Assembly: GCA_028713155.1 (NCBI GenBank) | Contig: JAQTPA010000005.1 | Location: 1 to 58,707 of the forward strand | Source: Candidatus Omnitrophota bacterium | Lineage (GTDB): Bacteria > Omnitrophota > Gorgyraeia > Gygaellales > Profunditerraquicolaceae | Reading direction: 5' to 3' | DNA length: 58,707 nt | Part shown: piece after piece, positions 37,990 through 47,518 of the stretch | How positions within the stretch are numbered: position 1 is the stretch's first letter | How the letters are laid out: each line of letters starts with the position of its first letter | The notes under the pieces: generated by a model | What the model was told of the DNA's origin: nothing | The model's input: only the letters and a program-made list of their open reading frames with translations | Database searches by the model: none | Program-made: the position numbers and the translations under genes

Positions 37990-38646
37990 ATGAATTTATT
38001 AGACCAAAGGGTATTGATTAATAAGATGTATGCTTCAAAACCAGCGGATTACTATTTTAAACAGATGCATTTACCAGGTTTGCGGGGCGCATGGTTCAGG
38101 GCAAGGCAGAAAACTACCACGAGGCTTGTAAAGGAGTATTTTAAAGGAGGCATAATTGCCGATATAGGTTGCGGGAACTGCCTATGGAATAATATGAATA
38201 TGCCTACCATAGGGATTGATATTTGCGAACCAATGCTAAGTTATAATCTAGGTAATATTCCTTCTTTTTTTCCCTTAAAGTCGGATATAGCTAGGGGGTT
38301 ACCTTTAAAGGATAACAGTATTGGTATAGTAGTTGTTACCGAATTATTGGAGCATTTTATCTCTTACGATTTCCTATTTAAAGAAATCTTCAGGGTCTTG
38401 AAAAGCGGAGGAGTTGTCATAGGTTCAGTCCCATATGGCGCATTTCCGGGGGTCTGGGGTTTTGTGTTCCCGCTTTGGTGTAAATATAAGGTCTGGAGAG
38501 ATAAAGATGAGTATTATTCGCATGACTGTGGTCATAAAATACAATTTAATGCTAAAAAAATAAATTTGGGATTATCAGATTTCAATCTCCTGGAATTATT
38601 CAGTTTATACTACTTAACCTTATTTTTTGTAGCTAGAAAGAAATAG
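37990..38646 (+). CDS. Class I SAM-dependent methyltransferase
   Basis: IADIGCG, GIDI, ELLEHF, VLKSGG. Confidence 0.85.
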   Translation: MNLLDQRVLINKMYASKPADYYFKQMHLPGLRGAWFRARQKTTTRLVKEYFKGGIIADIGCGNCLWNNMNMPTIGIDICEPMLSYNLGNIPSFFPLKSDIARGLPLKDNSIGIVVVTELLEHFISYDFLFKEIFRVLKSGGVVIGSVPYGAFPGVWGFVFPLWCKYKVWRDKDEYYSHDCGHKIQFNAKKINLGLSDFNLLELFSLYYLTLFFVARKK

Positions 38647-38647
38647 A

Positions 38648-39580
38648 ATGCTAGAGTTTATTAGGTATATCGACATAATTAAGCGAAAGCCCTCTGTTAT
38701 TTACCCGGCGTTAAGAGCGTTCCTAAAGACTAACCTTTTGAACAAAAAGATATTGCGCGGAGTAGACATCGCCGTTACTTATCGCTGTCAAGGAAAGTGC
38801 AAAAAATGCTCCTGTCAGAATCTAATAGAGAATGGCCGGCCAGAAATGTCGAAAGAAGAAATTATTAATATATCTAAGCAGATTATTTCTGTTGGAGGGA
38901 TATTGGTAAATTTAACGGGTGGCGAACTTTTACTACGTCCAGATATAAAGGATATTATTTTTAGTCTGGATAAAATGCCCGTGATTATTTCGATTTCGAC
39001 AAATGCGGTATTACTGGATGAAAAGTTATTAAGAGATTTAAAGCAGAGCGGGCTACATGTCCTTCAGCTTAATCTTAGTAGCCCTTATCCTGAAGAGCAC
39101 GATGCGGAGATGGGTATTGTCGGTAGTTATAAAAATGTAATTTCTGCCATGAGAATAGCGAAGGAGATCGGAATAAGCGTATTGCTTAATACCGTGATTA
39201 CTAAAGAAATAATTTATTCCTACAGGATTAAAGCTTTAGTCGGTTTGGCTAGAGAGAACAATGCCTATCTCTCTTTAGTTTTACCAGCAGCAGTAGGCAG
39301 GTGGAAGGGGAATTATGACTCGGTTTTGAACCGGGAAGATTATAATCTTCTAAAGAGTTGGCTTAGGTTAAAATTTGTCACTATAGATACTAAAACTTGT
39401 TATAAAAAAGGAGCATGTCCAGCAGGCACAGAAAAGATATATGTAAGCCCTTACGGCGATGTTTACCCGTGTCCTTTCATACATCTGAAAATGGGCAACC
39501 TTTTGAAAGATACTCTTTCGCAATTAAAACAGAATATCGCTGGCCGGCAAAATTTCACCAATTGTATTAATATAAAGTGA
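38648..39580 (+). CDS. Radical SAM protein with SPASM/twitch domain
   Basis: VTYRCQGKCKKC, TGGE, STNA, CPAG...YGDVYPCPF. Confidence 0.87.
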   Translation: MLEFIRYIDIIKRKPSVIYPALRAFLKTNLLNKKILRGVDIAVTYRCQGKCKKCSCQNLIENGRPEMSKEEIINISKQIISVGGILVNLTGGELLLRPDIKDIIFSLDKMPVIISISTNAVLLDEKLLRDLKQSGLHVLQLNLSSPYPEEHDAEMGIVGSYKNVISAMRIAKEIGISVLLNTVITKEIIYSYRIKALVGLARENNAYLSLVLPAAVGRWKGNYDSVLNREDYNLLKSWLRLKFVTIDTKTCYKKGACPAGTEKIYVSPYGDVYPCPFIHLKMGNLLKDTLSQLKQNIAGRQNFTNCINIK

Positions 39581-39669
39581 TAATCCCGCCTCAGGACAGG
39601 AAGCTATTATTAGTAAATCCTAATATTTACTTTTTGCAAAAAAGCGGCATCGAAACAAAGGTCTTTTAA
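39577..39669 (+). pseudogene. Relic of a cobalamin-binding radical SAM gene (internally deleted N-terminus)
   Basis: GTG overlapping the upstream TGA (GTGA) opens MIIPPQDRKLLLVNPNIYFLQKSGIETKVF*, matching the family N-terminal pattern (LLINP...LKKNGFEV) with the middle missing. Confidence 0.45.
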
Positions 39670-39743
39670 TTCTGGGCCGGCATCGAGAGAATATACGATG
39701 CTTAAGGAAGGGTAAAAAATGGAGTGCTGTGGGAAAGCCGGTA

Positions 39744-41405
39744 ATGGATAAAAAAATCAATATCGCAATTGTCGCCATAATTCTTCTTTCCGGGATACTT
39801 CTGCGGGTGCACGCTATTAATAAGTATGATTTATGGTACGACGAATTGATCTCTAACCGCTATTCAGCAGAGATATTTAACAAAACTATGGCGCTCCGGG
39901 GGAATACATTCATACTCTCCAGGTCTTCTTATGATTGCCATTCATCTTTTTTGTATTATCCGTTAGTTTATATATATAGCTCTTTATTCGGTGGCGGTAA
40001 ATCCTTAAGGATTCTATCTGTATTTTTTGGTATTTTATCGCTTTTAATATTTTATAGGCTTTCTTTACTGTTTCTGAACCTTAAAGAGAGCCTGTATGCG
40101 CTGTTATTTTTAGCTCTTAGCCCTATTCAGATCTGGTATGCCCAGGAGGCAAGGGGGTACACAGTCTTTTTCTTTTTGTCCACACTCCTACTTTATTTTT
40201 ACATTAGAGCTTTAAGGAAAAATAAAAATTCGGATTGGGTTTATTTTACGATTTCAGGTATAGTTGCTTTTTACGCAACCTACTTTTCTATTTTACTACT
40301 GGCAGTTTCAGCTTTTCCTCTTTTATTTAGGAGTAACCGCCGGTGTATTAGGAAATGGTTTTTTTCAATTGTTATAATTTTTGCCGCCTCAATCCCACTT
40401 CTTGCTCTATTGATGGAACGGTTGCATCTTTTAGGGGGGTATTGGCTATGGAGACCGCAATTAAATGACCTTTTGCTTACTTTCTCCGTATTCAATCTCG
40501 GATACTCCGTTACTTCTTTACAGGCCGGTTTAGGGCTGGTATTATTCGGTGCTTTATTTATCTATGGAATTCATTCTTTTTATAAAGTTGAGAAAATAAA
40601 TATGACCACAATGCTTCTTTTTATTTTATTTCCTATTATTTTCATTTATGCTTTTTCCATTTTTTTCACTCCTATCTATATCCACAGGCAGCTTTTGATT
40701 TTTTCTCCCTTTTATTACCTATTTGTGGGGAAAGGGCTCCAGAATATCAAGAATAATATCTGTCGGAGGACGGCATTTGTCTTGGCGATAATTATTATCG
40801 GGTTCTCTTTAAACAATTATTACAGCGGGTTTATTACCCCTGCGCACGAGTACAGAAGAATAAATAATGAATTTTACGCCGGAATCCATCCTAAGAAGCG
40901 ATACGGCCGTATAGTTTCTTTATTAGATGATGAATTTAAGAAGCAGAATTTAATCTTCGCATTAGATTTGCCTTCTACGGTCTTCATCCTTTGCTATTTG
41001 ATGGATAAGCAGAGAGCAGACAGTGCTTCCGATACTAATAGTTTTGTAGGATTATTATTTTCCAGATATTCATTGGAACCGCATGAGTTAATGTATGTGG
41101 AAAAGAAGAAAGATATTACTCTCCAAAATTGTCGCTTTAATAAGGAAGAGTTATTTTGTTTTTCGATAGGCCCAGCAAAAGGCGTAAGAAAGATTAAAAT
41201 AGAGGATGTCCCTTCAGACAAGATTTGGTTTATTTCGTATAATTGGAGCCGGCAAGCAAAATTTCTAGGGGATGGATTTTATGGAAGGTCTACGGCAGGT
41301 ATAAAGATGAAGACGCACCTTATTTTTAAAAGAGAATTCAGGTTTTGTGAAGATGGAGTTTGCGCAGAACTTTTTAGGAGAAGAAGTCCTACGGATAAGA
41401 GATAA
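39744..41405 (+). CDS. GT-C fold membrane glycosyltransferase (third LWxDE paralog)
   Basis: DLWYDE, LRILSVFFG, QIWYAQEARGY, multiple TM segments. Confidence 0.82.
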   Translation: MDKKINIAIVAIILLSGILLRVHAINKYDLWYDELISNRYSAEIFNKTMALRGNTFILSRSSYDCHSSFLYYPLVYIYSSLFGGGKSLRILSVFFGILSLLIFYRLSLLFLNLKESLYALLFLALSPIQIWYAQEARGYTVFFFLSTLLLYFYIRALRKNKNSDWVYFTISGIVAFYATYFSILLLAVSAFPLLFRSNRRCIRKWFFSIVIIFAASIPLLALLMERLHLLGGYWLWRPQLNDLLLTFSVFNLGYSVTSLQAGLGLVLFGALFIYGIHSFYKVEKINMTTMLLFILFPIIFIYAFSIFFTPIYIHRQLLIFSPFYYLFVGKGLQNIKNNICRRTAFVLAIIIIGFSLNNYYSGFITPAHEYRRINNEFYAGIHPKKRYGRIVSLLDDEFKKQNLIFALDLPSTVFILCYLMDKQRADSASDTNSFVGLLFSRYSLEPHELMYVEKKKDITLQNCRFNKEELFCFSIGPAKGVRKIKIEDVPSDKIWFISYNWSRQAKFLGDGFYGRSTAGIKMKTHLIFKREFRFCEDGVCAELFRRRSPTDKR

Positions 41406-41432
41406 ATTATAGGAAGTTTCGTTAGTTTAAAT

Positions 41433-42779
41433 ATGAGAATATTGCTGATTTATCCGAATGTCTATCCATATGCTAATTATGTTCAGAAAATATATTTAGC
41501 TAAAAAGTTCCCCCTTGGCCTTATTAGCCTTGCTTCCTGTATTTTAAAAAATAAACATAAAGTAAAAATTTTTGATGCCTTGACTCTTAGGGCTTCCGAA
41601 AATGAGGTTAGCTCTGTGATAAAGGAATATAAGCCAGAACTTATTGGCATAGGTAATTTATCTTATTTTGACCTCGGTAGTGTCTTTAAGCTAGCAGATT
41701 TATCTAAGAAAATAAATTCAGAAGTTATCACGGTTGCCGGAGGCATCACAGAAACTTTTATGAGTAAGGAAATATTAGAATTCTGCCCTTCTTTGGATTT
41801 TATTATCAGGGGTGAAGGAGAATTGCCTTTTTTAGAGCTAATCGAAGCCTTAGAAAAAGGCAGCGGCCTAAAAGACATTAACGGCCTTGCCTATCGAAGT
41901 AACAGCGGGGTTGTAGTGCTTAAGAATACTTGTCAGTATAATGATTTCACCATTACCCCTTCGATGCTGAAAGATATTTTTATTAAACCGTATCGCCTCC
42001 CATATTTTTTGGGGAAAGTTAATTTGCTTATACAGGGTTCGAGGGGGTGCCCTTACAATTGTAGTTTCTGCATTGTGAATGAATTCTGCGGAAATCAAGT
42101 CAGATATAAAAAACCATCTCTTATAGCAGAAGAAATGGAAGCCTACTGTAATTATCTTAACGCCAAGAGATTTATTTTCGTTGATAGCACTTTTACTGTG
42201 AATAAAGATTTCGCGTATAGAGTAATGGAAGAAATATTAAAAAGAGGGCTGCATAAGAAGGTTAGATGGGGGTTTGGCACTCGTGTTGACTGCGTAGATA
42301 CCAAATTATTAAGAGCGTTAAAAAACTCCGGTTGTTACATCATAAGTTTCGGAGTAGAGTCTTCATTGCAAGAGGAGCTTAATGCATACAATAAGCGCAT
42401 CTTCCTGGATCAAACTATTGAAGCCTTTCGGCTAAGCAAGGAGAATGGCATTAAAACCAAAGCTACCGTAATTATTAATCAGTATAGATATAGGAAAATT
42501 AGCGAATTTGATAAGCATATAAAAAATACTATTTCGTTCCTGAACGTTCTTAAACCAATAAAAGTTGGTATCGCCCCATTAATACTGTATCCGCATAGCG
42601 AACTCTATTTTGATTATTTAAATCGAAAGCTTATCCAGCAAAATGGTTCAGATTTTCTCTTAAGGGGCCATCTTATTCCTTCAAAGTTTATAGCGGAGAA
42701 TTTAATTTTTAATAGAATCTTTAAAATGTACCTAAAAGTCCGTTTCAATATTTATCTGAATAGATTTAAAAATTTTTAG
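41433..42779 (+). CDS. Cobalamin-binding radical SAM protein
   Basis: MRILLIYP, PLGLISLAS, GEGE, SRGCPYNCSFC, FVDSTF, TRVD, FGVES. Confidence 0.9.
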   Translation: MRILLIYPNVYPYANYVQKIYLAKKFPLGLISLASCILKNKHKVKIFDALTLRASENEVSSVIKEYKPELIGIGNLSYFDLGSVFKLADLSKKINSEVITVAGGITETFMSKEILEFCPSLDFIIRGEGELPFLELIEALEKGSGLKDINGLAYRSNSGVVVLKNTCQYNDFTITPSMLKDIFIKPYRLPYFLGKVNLLIQGSRGCPYNCSFCIVNEFCGNQVRYKKPSLIAEEMEAYCNYLNAKRFIFVDSTFTVNKDFAYRVMEEILKRGLHKKVRWGFGTRVDCVDTKLLRALKNSGCYIISFGVESSLQEELNAYNKRIFLDQTIEAFRLSKENGIKTKATVIINQYRYRKISEFDKHIKNTISFLNVLKPIKVGIAPLILYPHSELYFDYLNRKLIQQNGSDFLLRGHLIPSKFIAENLIFNRIFKMYLKVRFNIYLNRFKNF

Positions 42780-42787
42780 ATAATATT

Positions 42788-43909
42788 ATGTGCGTTAAAG
42801 TCTTAGCAATAGCCAGGCATATCTTTGTAAATATTATCAGTCTTTTATTGCTAGCCTATGGAAAAAAGGCAGGTAGTAATACGATTGCTTATAAAACAAT
42901 CCGGCATACATTTCATAAGTTCATGAAGGGAGGAAGGTTACTCTTTGTTAAACTTGATCTTACCGAAAGATGCAATGGGAATTGCGAATATTGTTATTCA
43001 GAAAGAAGAGATATCGAGCCTTCTTTAGGTGAAATTGAAAAATTTTTTTCCCAGCTTAAAGGTCGGTTATGCGGGATAGATTTGATGGGTGGAGAGCCTA
43101 TGCTGAGAGAAGATATCAATGAAATTATAAAAGCAGCAAAAAAAATCGGTAAAATTTTTCGGGTCAGAATGTTTACGAATGGTACGCTAATCGATAGAAA
43201 GTCAGCAATTAACTTAAAAAATAATGGGCTGGGTGTCGCTTTCGTATCTTTTTATTCCAATGTTGCTTCTCTTCAGGATAGTGTTTCAGGATACGATGGA
43301 ACATTTGAGAAGAAAATAACCGCTATCAAAGAATTAGTCCGGGCTGGTATTAAAACTTACACATTTACTGTGCTGAATAAAAAAAATGTCAATCAAATAA
43401 CGTCAATTCGCACCTTAATAAGGGAACTCGGTGCAAGCCCTGTTTTTTCAAATCAAATACCCATCAATAATGAAATATCCAGTATTCAACTTACCCCTAA
43501 AGAAGTATATGGAGTCAAAGAGTCTTTAGGAAAAAATAGTAAAGCCCATATGACTATGGTTAATAATATGTTTGAGTTTGCGGAAAGAGTCTGCTTTGGA
43601 GGGTACTATCTTCTTTCAATTAAGGTCGATGGAGCAGTAACTCATTGCCCTTTTATATATGATATTGCTTTAGGCAATGCGTTTAAAGAGGATATTTTTG
43701 AGATATTTAAAAGAAGATTTTCTGTGAAGGCCTTCAGGGATGCCTATGGAATACCAGCTGAATGTTTACCTTGTGTATTCGTAAAATATTGCAAAGGAGG
43801 ATGTCGGGCTGGTAACGCCGATTACAGTAAGAAATCCTTTTCTTGTCAGGGGCCCTGGCAGGATGTTGAATTTGGGAAAATGTCATATTGTATCTCTCAT
43901 TGGTTTTAA
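42788..43909 (+). CDS. Radical SAM protein with full SPASM domain
   Basis: LTERCNGNCEYC, GGEPML, TNG, CFGG...HCPF...ECLPCVFVKYCKGGC. Confidence 0.9.
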   Translation: MCVKVLAIARHIFVNIISLLLLAYGKKAGSNTIAYKTIRHTFHKFMKGGRLLFVKLDLTERCNGNCEYCYSERRDIEPSLGEIEKFFSQLKGRLCGIDLMGGEPMLREDINEIIKAAKKIGKIFRVRMFTNGTLIDRKSAINLKNNGLGVAFVSFYSNVASLQDSVSGYDGTFEKKITAIKELVRAGIKTYTFTVLNKKNVNQITSIRTLIRELGASPVFSNQIPINNEISSIQLTPKEVYGVKESLGKNSKAHMTMVNNMFEFAERVCFGGYYLLSIKVDGAVTHCPFIYDIALGNAFKEDIFEIFKRRFSVKAFRDAYGIPAECLPCVFVKYCKGGCRAGNADYSKKSFSCQGPWQDVEFGKMSYCISHWF

Positions 43910-45193
43910 ATGTATAGAGACATTTTAACACCTTATTATTTATTAAAGGTATTTAAGCACCAGCGTTATTTAGGCAATGAACCTAAAAAAGCGCAGAATA
44001 AATTATTGTGCCGTTTAATAGCAGAGGCATATCAAAACTCGCCATTTTACCGGAAAATATTTGACGGGATAAAATTGACGTCAAAAGATATAAAAGAAAC
44101 TCAAGATTTAAAAAGACTGCCAGTTATTAATAGGAGGCAGGTAAGAGAAGCCCTGGAGCAAGGCAGTATATTAAATAGGAAATATCTAAAAGGTTCAATA
44201 TGCCGTAGCACTTCTGGTTCTTCCGGATTACCGCTTACAGTTGTATATGATATAAAGAGTTATGCGTATACTGATGCTATATATGTAAGGTCATTACTTA
44301 AGCAGGGAGTAAGAATAAATGACCGCATAGCCTATTTTTGGTATGAACCTTTTAGGAAAAGAAGCTTTTGGGAAAAAATGGGCATATTCAAAAAATTCGA
44401 AATTATATATACCGAAAACGAAAAATTACAATTTTCTCGATTAGAAAAAATCAAACCTTCGGTTATCATTTCTTTTCCTACCTTATTGTTGCCTTTATGC
44501 GAAAGAATAAAAAATAAGAAGGTTTCTTTTAAACCGAGAATCATAATTACCCATGGGGAGCTATTAACCGAAGATACAAGAAAGAGGATAGAAGAGGCAT
44601 TCAATGCCTGCGTTGTTGAACAATACGATTCCAATGAATTTAAAACGATAGCCTGGCAGTGTACGGAGGGCGGAAATTTTCATATAAATGACGACAGCGT
44701 TTTTATAGAAACTCTAAATGAAAATAACGAAGAAATAAAAGAAGGAGAATTAGGTAAGATTGTAATAACGGGTTTGTCTAATATAGCTATGCCGCTGATA
44801 AGATATTCAGTAGGAGATTATGGTATTAAGACAAACGAAATATGCCGGTGCGGAATAATTTCTTCTATGTTGAAGTCGATCGAAGGTAGAGGAGATGATT
44901 TTATAATTACTCCAGAAAAAGAAATAATTAGCCCGCGGCGCATAGGAGGGATTTTAGAGAAATTTGAAAGTATAAGAGAGTATAAATTTTTACAGGAAGA
45001 AATAACTAAATTTTCGTTGTTTATAATACCTTCCGGAAAATTTTCAAATGAGGATGAAATGAATATTCGCGAGGCATTAAGCAATGTCCTAAGTAAAGGC
45101 GCAAGATTATTTATCGAAAAAATACAATCTATGCCTAGAGGTAAAACAGGGAAGATAAAAGCGATTGAATCTAGAGTAAGCAGATATGGCTAA
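43910..45193 (+). CDS. Phenylacetate-CoA ligase-like (PaaK/CapK/F390 synthetase) adenylate-forming enzyme
   Basis: SPFYR, STSGSSG P-loop, HGELL, QYDSNE, MPLIRYSVGD, GRGDD, TGKIK. Confidence 0.85.
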   Translation: MYRDILTPYYLLKVFKHQRYLGNEPKKAQNKLLCRLIAEAYQNSPFYRKIFDGIKLTSKDIKETQDLKRLPVINRRQVREALEQGSILNRKYLKGSICRSTSGSSGLPLTVVYDIKSYAYTDAIYVRSLLKQGVRINDRIAYFWYEPFRKRSFWEKMGIFKKFEIIYTENEKLQFSRLEKIKPSVIISFPTLLLPLCERIKNKKVSFKPRIIITHGELLTEDTRKRIEEAFNACVVEQYDSNEFKTIAWQCTEGGNFHINDDSVFIETLNENNEEIKEGELGKIVITGLSNIAMPLIRYSVGDYGIKTNEICRCGIISSMLKSIEGRGDDFIITPEKEIISPRRIGGILEKFESIREYKFLQEEITKFSLFIIPSGKFSNEDEMNIREALSNVLSKGARLFIEKIQSMPRGKTGKIKAIESRVSRYG

Positions 45194-46121
45194 AAAGATA
45201 GAAGGCATAACTTTATATACCACTTCTGAGTGTAACCTGGATTGTATATATTGTTATGCCCGCGACCTGAGAGAATATAATAGTTGTTTTACGATGCCGG
45301 AATGGGAAGGTATTATTTCGCAGGCACGAACAATGGGAGCTAAATGGGTTATATTTGCCGGTCCAGGAGAGCCGTTATTGGATGATATGAACTTCAAATT
45401 GATCAAATACGCTAATGCTCTCGGAATGAAAAGCATACTTTTTACCAATGGTACATTGATTACCGAGCCTATCGCCGAAGATTTATTTTCAGCCAGTGTA
45501 GATATTACCGTTAAGATGCCTTCTTTTAATCCCCAAATATATAATTTATTATCAGGGTCTCAAAATTCCCTGCGATGGGTTGATTATGAATTTAAATATA
45601 AGGATACAGAACTAAAATATCCTATTCCGCTTTATCTGTATATTTTATTAAAAAAGTATAAAGGTGCCTCCAGGAGGAAGAAATGCTCTTTAAGAATAGA
45701 ATCCGTTATCACAAAATACAACCTTAGATGCCTGGTAGATATAGCTAAATTTATTCAGGCACATGGTTTGGGTTTTCTTTTTGAAACCCTGATTTTTAAT
45801 AATTCCAGGGATTTTGATAGGTTGATCCCTGGTGAAAAAGATTATCTGTTTCTTTTCCGGGAATTAAAAAAGTGCTTAGGCTGGAGGTTTATAGTTGGGC
45901 AAAATCAGTATAAATGCCGGATAAGAAGAAATCCCGTAATCCTGCAGAATGGCGATATTATGCTTTGCCTTGTTGAGGAGGGAAAGATAGGGAATATCCG
46001 GCAGAATAACTTAGGGGAGCTTTGGCAAAGAAGGTTATCTATAAAAGATGAAAGTTTAAAATATAAACGTTTTTGTGGGTTTCGGAACTGCTTGGGTAGA
46101 CAATCGTGTAATAAGAGGTAA
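45186..46121 (+). CDS. Radical SAM protein (twitch-like C-terminus)
   Basis: TTSECNLDCIYC, GPGEPLL, FTNG, C-terminal cysteines. Confidence 0.85.
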   Translation: MAKKIEGITLYTTSECNLDCIYCYARDLREYNSCFTMPEWEGIISQARTMGAKWVIFAGPGEPLLDDMNFKLIKYANALGMKSILFTNGTLITEPIAEDLFSASVDITVKMPSFNPQIYNLLSGSQNSLRWVDYEFKYKDTELKYPIPLYLYILLKKYKGASRRKKCSLRIESVITKYNLRCLVDIAKFIQAHGLGFLFETLIFNNSRDFDRLIPGEKDYLFLFRELKKCLGWRFIVGQNQYKCRIRRNPVILQNGDIMLCLVEEGKIGNIRQNNLGELWQRRLSIKDESLKYKRFCGFRNCLGRQSCNKR

Positions 46122-46132
46122 AAAACCATATT

Positions 46133-47515
46133 ATGAGCGGTACACCTTACGTTATACTTATTAATCCTCCTTTTGGATTTTCCTCTAATCCTGAACTTAC
46201 TGTTTCTTATCCGCTTGGTTTAATGTATATAGCATCCTTACTTGAAAAGAAAGGGGTAAAAGTAAAAATCATTGATTTTATTAATAATAGGGATACCCGG
46301 TTTATAGAAAATACCATAAAAAATAATAAAGCGGATATTTTTGGAATAAGTGTATTGACAAGTAATAGGTATGAAGCTTTTAAAATTGTAAAAATAATTA
46401 GAAAATTACATAAACAAAGTAAGGTTGTCTTAGGGGGGACGCATGCTACGCTTTTATACCAGCAGATCTTAGAAAACACAGATATTGATGCTATATTTTT
46501 GGGCGAGAGCGAACTTTCTTTTTTAGAATACTCAATGGCTTTTGGGCAAAATGGGGATGTTTCTCATATACCCGGCATCGCTTTTAAAAAAGCCAGCGGC
46601 GAAATAATAGCTAATCCTATTAAATGGGTAGAAGATATAGATACTATTCCTTTGCCTGCCTTTCATCTTGTAGATTTAGACAATTATAAGAATAAAAGGA
46701 ATGAAATAGACTTCCACATGCTTACTTCAAGAGGATGCCCTTTTTTTTGTAATTTCTGTAGCTTACCAGCGATACATAACGGTAGGTACAGGCTACATAG
46801 TGTAGCCAGGGTTCTGGAAGAGCTGGAATTAGTGAGCGGTTTCAAAAAGAATTGCCGGGTTATGCTGCATGATGATTTTCTCAGTGCGGCCGATAAGAGG
46901 ATGAGGGAACTATGCGAGGGGATAATAAAAAAAGGGATTAAACTAAAGTGGTCTATTCGTTCTAGGGTTGATACCGTAGATTTAGATACGCTTAAATTAA
47001 TGAGGAGTAGCGGTTGTGAGGAAATATTCTATGGGATAGAAAGCGGCAGTAGGGCAATTCTCCAGAGTATGAATAAAAGATTTAATATTGAAGATGCTAA
47101 AAATGCATTTAGTCTGACTAAAAAGAGCGGCATAAAAGCAATATGCTATATCATAGTGGGTTATCCGGGAGAGAATCACGGAACAGTAAAAGATACTCAA
47201 AAATTATTATTTTCTCTTGCTCCCGATAAAATATATTTCTCCCTGGCCGGAATTTTCCCCGGCACTACGTTGTATCAGCAAAGCATAAAAGACGGCGTAA
47301 TAAAAGATAGCTATTGGCTTAAGAACGGTAATCGGGTACCCCTATATACTAAAGATATGAGCTGTATTAATATGTTGATGTATGTTTATATAATAAGACT
47401 GTCTTTAGAAAGGGGGCTTATTAGAAAAATTATTTTTTTATTGAGGTCGATACCCCGAGAACTAAGTTTTGAATATAATGTATTAAAAAGCCTATTATTG
47501 GATAAAACTAATTAA
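46133..47515 (+). CDS. Cobalamin-binding radical SAM protein
   Basis: LINPP, YPLGLMYIAS, GGTHAT, GESE, SRGCPFFCNFC, SRVD, YGIESG, FPGT. Confidence 0.92.
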   Translation: MSGTPYVILINPPFGFSSNPELTVSYPLGLMYIASLLEKKGVKVKIIDFINNRDTRFIENTIKNNKADIFGISVLTSNRYEAFKIVKIIRKLHKQSKVVLGGTHATLLYQQILENTDIDAIFLGESELSFLEYSMAFGQNGDVSHIPGIAFKKASGEIIANPIKWVEDIDTIPLPAFHLVDLDNYKNKRNEIDFHMLTSRGCPFFCNFCSLPAIHNGRYRLHSVARVLEELELVSGFKKNCRVMLHDDFLSAADKRMRELCEGIIKKGIKLKWSIRSRVDTVDLDTLKLMRSSGCEEIFYGIESGSRAILQSMNKRFNIEDAKNAFSLTKKSGIKAICYIIVGYPGENHGTVKDTQKLLFSLAPDKIYFSLAGIFPGTTLYQQSIKDGVIKDSYWLKNGNRVPLYTKDMSCINMLMYVYIIRLSLERGLIRKIIFLLRSIPRELSFEYNVLKSLLLDKTN

Positions 47516-47518
47516 AAT

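Noticed and set aside
39612-39643. AGTAAAT/ATTTACT hairpin with T run and a TTTTTGCAAAAA palindrome
   Set aside because: The AT-rich stem is too weak for an intrinsic terminator, and the bases are better explained as the radical SAM relic.
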